From: Vicugna vicugna
Lineage: Eukaryota
NCBI GenBank assembly: GCA_013265495.1
Contig: MU058540.1
Location: 1,947,696-2,011,695, forward strand
Reading direction: 5' to 3'
DNA: 64,000 nt
The position numbers were made by a program, and so were the translations under genes. The notes beneath the pieces were generated by a model. The model ran no database searches. It was not told the DNA's origin and saw only the letters and a list, made by a program, of their open reading frames with translations. Positions 15,504 through 26,660 of the stretch are shown one piece after another; position 1 is the first letter of the stretch; every line of letters begins with the position of its first letter.

Positions 15504-17834
15504 GGAACCCAGCTGGTCTGAGCAGAGGCACAGGTGCCGAGGGATGGAGGGAGAAGTGGTGGCGGCTGCCTCATGTGGAGAACTTACTGCTGAGCGTCGG
15601 CGGTAGGGGTGGCTGGACAGGGTAGGCTGGCTGTGCAAAGGGCTTGACGCTGCAGACAGGAGCAGGGGCTGGTTAGAGGGTCACCCTTTTCCCACCTTCT
15701 GCCTGTCCCAGTCACATGGGTCTCCTTTGGGATCTTACTAGGGAGCCACCCGGCCTTTCTGCAAAGGCCCAGAAATGCACGTTGGCTTGCTAACTCACAG
15801 CTTTTTGTTTTCTTCCCATTTTAACTTTTATGAAGTCCCGCTGCATCTCACAATTGATGTGCACAATTAATGCAGCATTTCAAACCCCACCCTGCACAGC
15901 TGTTCATTACATGGAGGGTGTGTCTTAGGAAGAAAGTCATCTCAGAGTTGAAGGAGCTGAGTATACTTGACTACCTGACTCGTTGACTGAGAGATTGACT
16001 CAGTGATTAACTGAGTGAAAAATAATGGAAGGATGGATGACGAGTGGCTGCTGAATGAACATATGAATGAAAAGACAGATCATTAGCTGTCTTTACTGGT
16101 GCTCTCCAACCCTCTATTTTTGCATTAAGACCGTGCTCAGCTGTTGCTAGGACCCAGATGGGAGGGGAAGTCCAGCGTGGCTGCCAGGGGAAGAAGAGGG
16201 TATGGGAAGGACGTGCCACAATACTCACTCCTGAGAGGGTCCAGGCTGCTGTCCCAGGAGAGGGGGGCTGCTCCAGAACTGCAGAGATGGGATAAAGCCC
16301 AGGCCCTCAGTATCCAGGATCCCCACCCAGCCCAGCCCTGAAGGCAACCCCTCACCCCAGCACCAACTCCCAGGACCCCTGTACCCGTGAGGAAGTGGAG
16401 AAGACGGCCTGGGGCAGAGGGGAGGGTGGGCTGAACTTGTTCTGTAGGACGCTGGCAGAGACAATCTGAGCGGAAGACATAGACGCCATGCTCTGGAGGG
16501 CTTTATCCTTGGAGACCTGGTCCTGGGAGAGGGAAAGCCGCATGAGGTCTGGGCCAGGCCAGAGACAGGACAAGGGCTTGCCTCCCAGGCCATGTCTCCT
16601 AAGTGTACATCACCCATCTGACCACAGTCCAGAGTAAGAGATTTTATTTTATTCCATAACCCAGTATACTCCAAAATACTCCCCCTTATTTTGCTTATTT
16701 TGTGTGTCCGGCACTCTCATATTTTCTGTTTCATCAGTGGTTCTCAAAGTGTGGTCCATAAACCAACAGCACCAGCATCACCTAGAAGCTTGTTAGAAAT
16801 CAAATTCTCAGGCCCCAGCCCAGACCCACCAAATCTGAAACTCTGAGGCTGAGAAATTGGTCTTCACAGATAGGCTCTTCGGGTGATTCTGATGCTTGCT
16901 AAAGTTTGAGAACCACTATAATCCATTTTTTAAAAATGCTGTTTCCAAGCCTATAACACTGATTTCTCAACCCATAATTTGAAAATCCTATATTAGGTGC
17001 TCTCCCCTCCATCACTCCCCACCCTGCCGCAGAGGGGCAGTGGTACTTACCAGGTTCATGGCCTGTGGAAGAGAGGGAGGATGCATTATTAGAGACACAA
17101 ATGAGGGCCTGCTCTCAGTGCCCACCTAGCTCTCAGCTCCTGGGAACCCAGGGAGATGAGAGGCAGCTGTGGCTCCTCCCCCAGCCACCCAGAGGGAGTG
17201 TGTGCCAGCGAAGGGTGCCCGGAAAAGGGTAGGATGAGGAAGAAGGGGCCTTGGGTGTGTCCACATCCATTGGGCTGTGCTATGGGTATGAGGGCAGGGG
17301 TGGACGGCCCAGTCTGCTGGGCAGCTGTGGGCAGGGAGAAGAGGGCTCAGGCCATGAATCCCAGACCCTGAGGTCCTCAGCCGCAGAGCAGCCAGGATTG
17401 AGCACCCAAGGCAGCCCTGCCAGCCAGTACCCCCAATGACTCCTCCTCGCCCACCTGAAGTCCCCATGCAATTAGCAAGCAGCAATTAGGAGGAAGCAGA
17501 AAAGGAAAATGGAGAAGCAGAGAGGTGGGCCTTAGTGGCCCCAGGTGGTCTTCCTCTCCCTCACTGTAGGGCTGGCTGTCCCCCTGGGCTCCTACTCAGC
17601 CTCCAGGGGCTGTGACCTGAAGTGGCCTTTGGGCTTCTGCCACTTGTACTTCTGAGACGCATGTCCTGCTGCCCCTCTAGCTCCTCAGCCCCTTCCCTGC
17701 CCCGGGCTGGGGTCAGAAAGCAACATCAGGTCTGGGCAAGGCCAGGCCAAGTGGCAGGGGACCCCATACCTTCAGCTTGGACTGAATCTCCCGTGATTTC
17801 CGCCTGGCTAGAACCTGCAAGTGGCTAGAGACCT

Positions 17835-17869
<35 letters not shown>

Positions 17870-20800
17870 AAGAGAAAAAGAGCAGAGGAAGAGGCAAGAA
17901 CAGAGCTTCATCCAGAAAAGAGGCACAGTTGGGCTGGACAGCCAGCCAAGGCAGAGGCCTGAGCTATGTAGACAGTGGTGGAGGTGATGTGGGTGAGGGG
18001 CCAAGGACGGGCTGGAGGCCCCAGTCAGGCTCCCGACATACCTTGATGCCAACCTGGTACTCCCGCACCTTCTTCCGAGCTAGAACCTGTATGTGGCTGG
18101 ACACCTAGGGGCCGCCCCGTGCCCGGCCAGAGAGGAAAACACAGATAGTGAGGAGGCATAGCCTGGGGGTAGCCATGGGCCAAGAGCATCCCAGCCCTCA
18201 TTTGTGGGGCCAAATGTAAGTGGGGGGAATTGTGGGGCCCCTGTGGGCAGAAACCCCTAGGCACTGCCAATTCTGCTCTCTTCTTGGCCCTATTTTGATC
18301 AAGAGCCTACCACTGTACCACCGTGTACAGTTGTCCAGGTTGTTTACTGCATAAGAGCACCTGGCCCAGTGAGGGCTAAAATCCAGCCCAAGCTCTGGGT
18401 CAAGCTATGTGCCCTGACACAGGGCTGCATCTAAACTGGAGGAAGAGAGACCTGGGAATCCAAGGTGGCATCAGTCGTACCACTGAAGGAAGATGAGATG
18501 TCAAATAGGGGAGCTGTCACGCTGGACATGATGTGGGATTTCACCCCTAAAGGCATTGCTGGAGCATTTCAAAGAGGTTAGTACCAGTGTTACAAGTACA
18601 TCCCTGTGAAGAAAGGGGGATCGCTGGGCTTTCCATGGTGCTGGCAGCCTACATGTTTTTCAACCGCTGTTCTTACAAGGAGTTCAAACTGAGCAAGTAC
18701 CACTAAAGAGGGCCCAGTGTGGAGGGCACACTCTGTGTTCCTGACCATGACCTTTGCCTGACACCCCTGAACCCTTTCATATCCTATTTGAGAATGAACA
18801 CCCAATAAAAGATGACAGGTTAAAAAAAATACAGAGGAAAAGCATCTATATTTTTCCAAAAAGGGGTGACTTTTTCTCACTGGTAAACTCACAGGAGACT
18901 ATTTTTCTCCTAATTGGCATCACAGCAGCTAGCAAAGGCCATCGTGCTCCTGCCAGCTACCAGAGACACAGCAAGGTCACAGCCTTTATGAACGATCTCC
19001 CTTGTGTCCCCTCCTGCCCAGGTCCAGCGGGCTGGCCCATGAACCTAGGCCTGGTCTGACTCTTGCTTTGCTCAAGCAGCTTCCTTCTCTTCGGACTAGC
19101 ACAGGGCAGTATACACTATACATATGTATGCAGTAGGTGCTCTTAGTTGCATTTCTTCTCCAGCTCCTCCTCCCTGATGTCTCCCTCTCCTGGCAAACCG
19201 GAGCTGGTCACGGTCTGGATGTGTGCGCCATGGGCTTACACACAGACTCTTGACATTGTCAAGGATCTAACCCTGAGCCTCAGAGAACCAAAATGTCAGC
19301 CTTCCCCATGAAACCAGGCAGAGGGAACACAGGGACCCTCCAAGCTGCTTCACACTTTGATTATCAGCAACTGCCTTGGCTTTCTTTGCAGATTGTTTTT
19401 ATCTCCACAAAGAAACAGTTTCTTTTTCTTTTCAATCATGGACTAAAAGTTACGAGGTATAGGGTGCTGGGCACACCCGTAATACTTGCTTAGGGCCCAG
19501 GTGGGTGCTCCTCATGCCCTCAGGGTGCATGGGAATCAGACAGACGTCCAGCAAGATTCCTGATCACCTCACATCAGGACAATAACTGATGTTTACTGAG
19601 CACATCTACCATTGTTCCTGACACTCTGTGTGTACCAACTCATTGGACTTTTACAGCAACCCTAAGAAGTCCGCACTAATATTATTCCCAATTTACAGAT
19701 GATGAAACCAAAGCACGGAGAAGTTAAGCAGTTTCTCCAAGGTCACACAGCTGAACCCAGGTGGCCTGGCTCCAGAGCCCACCTGGCCCCCACCAAGCTG
19801 TGCTATCAGGACTCTTTTGGACCCTTAGCCCAGAGGACCATCTCCAAATGGTCAAATCTGTGACAGCTAAAGTCACATGGGACTCAATCCTAATACTTAG
19901 CTGTGTTTTCAATACGGAGGCATTTTTCTTGCTATTAAGTTCGGTATGTAGCCGTAAAAAAACAAAAACTGCATTTTTTTAACCGAAAGTGAAATAGCGG
20001 GGAGGTTATAGATCTGTGGTAGAGTGCAGTGCTTAGTATGCACGAGGCCCTGGGTTCAATCCCTGGTACCTCTATTAAAAAAATTAATAACAATAATAAA
20101 TAAATAAACATAACTACCCCTCCCCAAAAGAGATTCTTTCTTAACCGAAAGTAAAACAAAAACAATCAAAAAACCTTGCATGTCAGCTGGTTGCTCCTGA
20201 GACACATAAACACATGCCTTGTCCTCACAACCAGAGGATGGGTCCCCCTTTAAGGAGACATTAGACATCAGAGTTCTAAGAAAGAATAAAGTTAGAGTGC
20301 TACCCTTGCAAAATGATGAAGGCCAGAGGTTTTTAAAATCCTGAGCTCACCATCAGCTGGTTTGTAAAACCTCATCCATGGTACAGCCAGGCTTCTCAGG
20401 ATACCCGGCCAGAAGCAGGTATAATGCTGACCCAGAATTAAGAGGCTCTGCTACCCTTCCTGGTCCCCGCTCAAAGATCCCTCAGCCCCTTCCCCCTGAC
20501 AAACAGGTTCCTGTCCACACCTATCTTTTGGGTGAAGCGGGACAAGCTGAGAGAGTGCCCTACTCCTGTGCCTGGGATGGCTTTCTGTTGACGACAGTAG
20601 TAATGACAGTAGCAAGAGCAGTGGCCAGTTCTTCTAGTGTTCACCCCGTCCTACTTAAGAGCTAACTGAAGGCTGGGGAATAGCAGCTGGGAGGTGAGAT
20701 ACCTTCTTCCCACAGGCAGTGGAGTAGGTATTTGAACCCTATTTGAACCTGGGGGCTGGTCAGTCAGTATTCCTCCTATGGCCCCAGGCTCCAGGGAACA

Positions 20801-23800
20801 GGGCCCTTGTCTGTCCGGTTCCTTGCTGTATCCCTAGAGCCTAGAACATAGTAGTAGCTCAGTAATTTGCTAAGTGAATAAATGCTGTACATGAGCTGGC
20901 CCAGGGGGAGTGGTTAATAAAGGCCTGAACAATGAGGGAGCGTTTCTGCTCCCACACTGGGTGGGTGGACACAGGACCTTCCTTTGAGACAGTGGGGTGG
21001 GACAGGTCAGGGCTGTCATATGCACAGTGGGGATCTGGGGGCGGTGGGTGCAAGGTCCAAACCCCACCCAGACAGGGAGGCTTGGGGGCTGAGGGCCAGA
21101 GCTGGCCTCCCTTCTCCAGGTACCTGCCTCCAGCCTGCCTCTCCCCGGGAAACTACACGCACTGCATCCCACCCTAATGGCTCCCTTCAGGTTTCCTCCC
21201 CCGACTGAAAGCCACCCAATCATCTCTGGAGTCACCAGTTTCTTCCATCCCCACCCCCACTACCCTCACCCACCACTGTGACCTCCAACCTCCACCTGGC
21301 CCTCTCTGATCCACTGCCTCGGGTGCCCCAGGGCCAACATTCCTTGACAGCTGCCACAGCCACTCCCTGATCTATTCTCTTCCATGGCCCCCAGCTGCCC
21401 CTAGGGAAACCTGTCCCTCAGGCCTCAGGCCAAATTTCTCACCGCCTTTGGCTTTTCCCACCCCTCCACGCACCATGCTGCTAAATGAAGGCTCTTTCCT
21501 GCCCAGTGGGGGTGAATCCTATATCTGCCACCTACCAGCTGAGTGACCTTAGGAAGTTACTTAACTTCCCTGTGCCTCAGTTCCTCACCTGTAAAATGGA
21601 GATAATTACTGTACCTACTTTGGAAGGTTGCTACAAGGATTAAGTAAATTAAAGTAGGCTTTGTATGGGTTCACAATTATTATTTGTACAGCCAACTTCC
21701 TAATCCTGGGGGAGTCCTCTCCATTTTTCTGCTTGGCTAAATCCTATTCCTTCTTAAAAATCCATTGTGAGTGTCACTGCCCCCAGGAAGCCTTCCCAGC
21801 CCTCCCTCTTCCCTTCCCCTACCTGGTCTGGGTTAGATGCTTGTCAGAGAGTACACACCCTATCTCAGCCATGCAGCCCTGCTCTGCACTCATCTGTCCA
21901 ACTGCCTGTCTTTCCCTGGCCACTCAGGGAAATGACCACACAGTTGCACTGCCAGGGCTGCCCAGTGGGGCTTATCTGTGGTCACTGAACCAAAGGCCTG
22001 GGGGGTGAGCAGGGGTAGGAGTGGTCAGAGGGAACAGTGCCTCTTTCTCTAAGACAGTGGGAAGAGTGATGGGGCAGCTTGGGGGAGTGTAAAGTCACCT
22101 TGGAGAGGAGGGGAGCGGACTGAGAGAGGGGGCTGCAGCATAAATCATCTCTTACCTGTTTTCTCGTCCGAGTCTTCCCTGTCCTCAATTTAATATAGCG
22201 TGCGATCAACTCATTTCGACCTAGATTCGGGTGAGAGAAAAAACTGGGGAGTGGGCAAAGAGGGGAGCTGGTGGCTAGAGACCCCCTCCCACACCAGCTG
22301 GAGATCACACCAGGCCCCTCCCCCAAACATTGCTCGTCTGTTCCCTCTCCCTTCTCTTCACCCCAACCTGCCCAGGGGCACAGGCAGGGCCAGTGAAGGG
22401 TGGTGGTGGATGGCGACTCCAGGACCTGGGAGGGTAGTGGGGGTTGCATGTTGGGAGAGGGGCAGTACAGCAGGAGGAGGGAGGGTGGAACAGTGTCAGG
22501 TGGCCTGACAGGTTTCTGGGCAAGACAGACAGGGGCAGTTGTGGCTGGAGGGTGGCAGGACAGCTGGGCCCCTCACCCCTAGCCCCTGGTGGTGCTGCCT
22601 TCCTCCCTGCACCATCACCAGCTCCAAACCTCTTAGTGTAAGGGTTCGTGTGTGTGCGAGGCCTGCCTCAGGAGAGAGAAGTCTCGGCACACGTCCTTGT
22701 GTGTGTCTGTGAGCGTTCTGGACTGGATTCCAGTCCAGCTGGCCTTGCCACAGGGAGATCCTGGACAAGTCCCTTCCCTTCTCTGGGGAAACAGGAAATG
22801 GTCTCCAACATGCCTCCTACACTGACAGCCTGTGTCAGGATGTATCACTGTGTCCCTGAGCCTGTCACCTCCATGTCACTGGTTACCAGTATCTCTCCCA
22901 CCCTATGAGAGAGAGCCCAGACTGTCAGCCTGGGGGTGGTGGGCTCTGCTCAGCACCAGGGACCCAGAAGCTGGCCCCGTAAAGGGGATGCTTGGGACAC
23001 ATGGTGATGCCTGTGTCAGCATCCTCAGGGTGTACACCTCTCATCCCCAAATTCAGGCCCCCTGCCCCCCAACCCTGTAGCCTCCCAAGAACACCACATT
23101 CTCCAAATTCCTCTTCCATGACAGAACCAGCCCCACTGCTCCTCCCTTCCTCCCTGCCCCTCTCCACCCCTCTCCCTCCGCCCTGTCTAAAAATACCCTG
23201 TGGGGCTGCCCCAGCCATCTGGGAGGTAGCAGTGGGGGCAGGCGGCCCCTGCCCTGTGGAAGGCACCCTGTAACATCTGCCTGCCCTGCAAGTGGGGCTC
23301 TGGTGCTGGGGTGGGTGTGGCACAGTGAGTGGGGGCCAGGGACATGGGGCAGCCTTACCAGCTGTCTCCCTCCTGCACCCAGCCATTGCCTCCGTAATGG
23401 ATGGACAGTGGAAGGGGACAGGCTGAGGGCTTGCCTCACTCAGCCATAGGCTGTCAGGGAGGGTTGGAGGGAGCTGGCAAGAAGCCAAGTCCAGAAGGGC
23501 TGAGTTATCCCAAAAATGCAGCCCTGGGAGAGCCCGCTCAGGGCTGGACCAGAGGAGGACACTCCTTTCTGGAGGCAGGAGGTGGCAAGGTGGCAAAGAG
23601 GGGCCAGGAGAGCAAGAGACTTGGGAAGGGGGCTTGAGGAGTGGCGTCCCCTCATCTTTCCAGCCCCCTTCCCAGCGCAGGCCCATCACAGTGTGGGCCT
23701 CCCACCACCTGCAGCCCCGCCCTGCCCCCAGACACTGGAGGGAACTCGCCAGTGGGAAACCCTGCTCTGTGCTGGGACTCCCATCCCAGGCCTCACACCA

Positions 23801-24360
23801 CATCCTCCAGGAGAGGGACCCTCTCCCAGGCTCAGCCTAGAGTGCACTGGACTGACCCAGTTTCCTGGGCCCACTGAGTCACCCTGAAACCTCAGGCCAG
23901 CAGGGGCGAGGAGAGGAGGAGCAGTCGGGGTGTCGTGTGGCTGCGTGCTGGTGGAGGGGGTAAGCCAGGCCTGTTTATGAGGAGGATCCAGACACACAGG
24001 CTTGCACGCCCAGACTCGCCCCGCGCGAGGAGGGCTGGCGGCCTCACAGGACTTCGCCAAACCGGTTGGGTGAGGGGGCAGAGAGCAGGGGGAGGGGCCG
24101 GAGAGGGCCAGGCCTCCTCCCAAGTCCAGTCCGGGTCCCTGTGCCTCCCCACACGCACCGTACATCTTGCCCTCATCTGACAGGATGATCTTGCGGCGGC
24201 CGCAGGGTGGGTAGATGGCCAGGGCCTCCTGGAAGCTCTGCTCGATGTCCGGGCTCCAAACACCCTCCGCATCGTTGTCCAGCCCCTTGTCCAGGCCCTC
24301 GGGCCCATCCTCCCGGGCCTCCCCGGGGCTGTTGCTGGCATTCCAGCTGTTGGACGCTAT
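13540..24360 (-). CDS. TEAD3: TEA domain transcription factor 3 (TEF-5), 435 aa, non-AUG start
   Basis: complement join(24159-24360,22156-22220,18042-18104,17051-17062,16385-16522,16229-16278,15588-15649,14780-14913,14427-14600,14065-14205,13837-13989,13540-13653)=1308 nt; TEA domain [51 protein letters not shown]-binding domain ends ..HHVYKLVKD*. Confidence 0.97.
13837..13989 (-). CDS. TEAD3: TEAD3 exon 12
   Basis: [23 protein letters not shown], 153 nt. Confidence 0.95.
14065..14205 (-). CDS. TEAD3: TEAD3 exon 11
   Basis: [18 protein letters not shown], 141 nt. Confidence 0.95.
14427..14600 (-). CDS. TEAD3: TEAD3 exon 10
   Basis: [17 protein letters not shown], 174 nt. Confidence 0.95.
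14780..14913 (-). CDS. TEAD3: TEAD3 exon 9
   Basis: [36 protein letters not shown], 134 nt. Confidence 0.95.
15588..15649 (-). CDS. TEAD3: TEAD3 exon 8
   Basis: [20 protein letters not shown], 62 nt. Confidence 0.93.
16229..16278 (-). CDS. TEAD3: TEAD3 exon 7
   Basis: [16 protein letters not shown], 50 nt. Confidence 0.93.
16385..16522 (-). CDS. TEAD3: TEAD3 exon 6
   Basis: [27 protein letters not shown], 138 nt. Confidence 0.94.
16735..16918 (+). mobile_element. MER5A-like hAT-Charlie element
   Basis: Terminal inverted repeats CAGTGGTTCTCAAA / TTTGAGAACCACT, ~185 bp. Confidence 0.8.
17051..17062 (-). CDS. TEAD3: TEAD3 12-nt microexon (AMNL)
   Basis: ttccacag|GCCATGAACCTG|gtaagt. Confidence 0.92.
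17770..17832 (-). CDS. TEAD3: TEAD3 alternative exon 4b (duplicate of TEA helix-3 exon)
   Basis: ctctacag|..63 nt..|gtatgg encoding [21 protein letters not shown]. Confidence 0.85.
17837..17880. repeat. (GA)n/(TC)n microsatellite forming the exon 4b polypyrimidine tract
   Basis: Direct reading. Confidence 0.9.
18042..18104 (-). CDS. TEAD3: TEAD3 exon 4a
   Basis: ccctag|..63 nt..|gtatgt encoding [21 protein letters not shown]. Confidence 0.95.
19999..20140 (+). mobile_element. tRNA-derived SINE (Vic-1-like)
   Basis: Same head and tail as the other copies; TSD TTAACCGAAAGTRAAA at 19979-19994 and 20141-20156. Confidence 0.85.
22156..22220 (-). CDS. TEAD3: TEAD3 exon 3
   Basis: [22 protein letters not shown], 65 nt. 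Confidence 0.96.
24159..24360 (-). CDS. TEAD3: TEAD3 exon 2 coding part (exon spans 24159-24410)
   Basis: ATA start in context aca[28 protein letters not shown]. Confidence 0.93.
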
Positions 24361-26534
24361 TGTGCTGGTTGCTCTGGGCTCTGGGCCTGAGCCCACTGGG
24401 CAGCCTGAGCCTGGAGTGGAGGGCAGATGCAGATGGGTTAGGGCCAGGGTCCACCCAGACCACAGCAATCACCCACCCCAGAGGGCTTGTGCTCCAGGGT
24501 TGGGTGGAGGCAACCAGAGATTATGTTTAGTCAGTGCTGTTGTGACCTTGGATGAGCTACTTCACCTTTCTGAGTCTCGGTTTGTAAATCGAAGGAAGGG
24601 TTTCCGTGAGGTTGTAGGGGTTAAAATTTAATGAGATCAAAACAAAGTGCCACCACAGTGTGTGGCTCATCACACTCAAGACAGTACTGGTGGTGAGCAA
24701 TAGCAACAATAACAATGCCTTATACCTGCACAGCACTTCTGTGGGGAAAAAGCATTTTCATGCTCATGCAATCCTCAAAACTAAGGCAGAGACAAAGAAC
24801 GGTGCCCATTATTCAGATGAGGAAAACAGAGGCTCACAAGGCCATGCAGCTGCACCATGATGAGCAGAAAGGAGGAACATGACAGGCAGGGCCCAGCATT
24901 TCTGCAGCTCTCAGAGGAGTGCCTCCTGCTTGTCATCAGGATTCCCAACCAGGGACCCCTCCTCCCTCCAGCATCAGTGTAACCCTGCTGAGGACCAACT
25001 GGCTGTGGGGTGAGAAGGGTCCCAGACCCAGGAAGGGCACAATTTTGCCTTCCCCAAAAGATGACTCACAAGAACCTTGCCAAGGAACCTACTAAACGTG
25101 GGGCAGGAACTCTCCAGGAATCTCAAGAAGGGAGCAATGCTGGCTGGTAAAGGAGCAGCTGAGAAGGTGCCTGGTCAACAGCCTTGCTCAACCCCACCCA
25201 CTCCTCCATGTTATTTCTTGTTCCCGCACCTCCTGGCCCAACAGCAGCCCATAAACCACCCACACGCCCACCTCTGCCTTGGCCCACATCGTGGATGGGC
25301 CACAGCTCTGTAAAGTCTGAGTTCCCTGCACACGCCAGGCTGGATTATTAATGCAGACCACACCCAGCTGGTGTCCCCCAACAAACACAACCCTAAGGCT
25401 CACCCCCGACCCCCTTCAGCCTCAGAACCGCATACCCATGTGTATCAGGGTCCTGGGAGCTGCAGAGCCCCAGGTGGCTAGGTGGGACTTTGCTCTGGGC
25501 TACACGGAAAGAAGGGAACAGGGTGGAGAGTGGGGGACCCCCTCAGAAGCCAGGGAAAAGACTTCCTTCCCCTCAGACATGAATTCCAGGTCCTGCCGAA
25601 TGGGTGGGGGTCCACCCTGCGGGGGTCACCTATTTGCTTTGGAAGGCTTGAAAGGGGTTGCTAGTGGCACAGGGTGGGGAGGGCCTGGGGGCCTGGATGT
25701 CAGATGGATATAGAGTTTTACTACGAATGACAGTAACTGCCATGTGGATGGAACTATTCTGGGATTTTACACACATTGACTCATTTAATCCTCACAATAA
25801 CCTATGAGGTAAATACTATTATTATTTCTACTTCATAGAAGGAACAGAGAGGTTAAGCAACTTGCCTAAGGATTCACAGCTAGTAAGTGCTAGAACCGAG
25901 TTCTGAACCCAGGCAATTAGCTTCAGTCTCTTAACCAAAGTCAGAAGACCCACCACCTGTATTGAGAAAGGAGGCTGTCACTGCAACCGCCCTGAGTCAG
26001 CCCACTGGGGTCCAGAGCAGGGGGTTCCCCTCAGTCCAAGTGGCTGTGGCAGCTCCAAGGACCCCACACTGCTGTAGCCCATCCTGTGAGGCTTCCGAGA
26101 CCACCACACCAGAGGGCAGCCAGGGAGAGAGGAAGCCATGCCCCTGACCAGTCGGAGGGACTGCACTCCTCCACTCACCCCTATCCCCATCACCTCCTCA
26201 ATTCCTGAGGCCAACTTCTTGTATAAAAGCAGGGGCAGGGACTCTGGGGGACCCAATGGCTTCCACATTGAGGTAGTTGGGATGCAGGGCCTCCCCCTAG
26301 GTCTGACACTGCCAGAGGGGAGGCAGAAGAGGGGCTACAATGAGCTAAGACCCCTCCTGATGGAGTCCTCAACCCATTTCCCCTCAAAGCCTTTCCCGAG
26401 GCCTCCCTCAGAGCAGCAAGAGCCCGGCGCATGGGGGGCCCTGGCAGCCCCAGACTTTTCAGAGCAACTTTCCTGCCTCCCCCAAGTCTCTGCCCGCCTC
26501 CCCTCATCCAGGCAGTGGCCCCCCCTTCTTGGGG

Positions 26535-26660
26535 TGATGTCAGCCCCGCCCCGCCCCCCGCAGGAGCACTGTGGCCAAATATGGCGAACACAGCAGTGCT
26601 TGGGAGCTGGGACAGACTGGGGGGGCGGGGCAGCGGCCCCTGGCCGGCCGCTGGCAGCTG
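26535..26660. promoter_or_regulatory. Candidate SRF/CArG enhancer in TEAD3 intron 1
   Basis: CCAAATATGG 26575-26584, flanking GC boxes, TGATGTCA 26535-26542, CAGCTG 26655-26660. Confidence 0.5.

Noticed and set aside
22925..23803. 292-aa - strand ORF in TEAD3 intron 2
   Set aside because: No homology recognised; GC-rich intron
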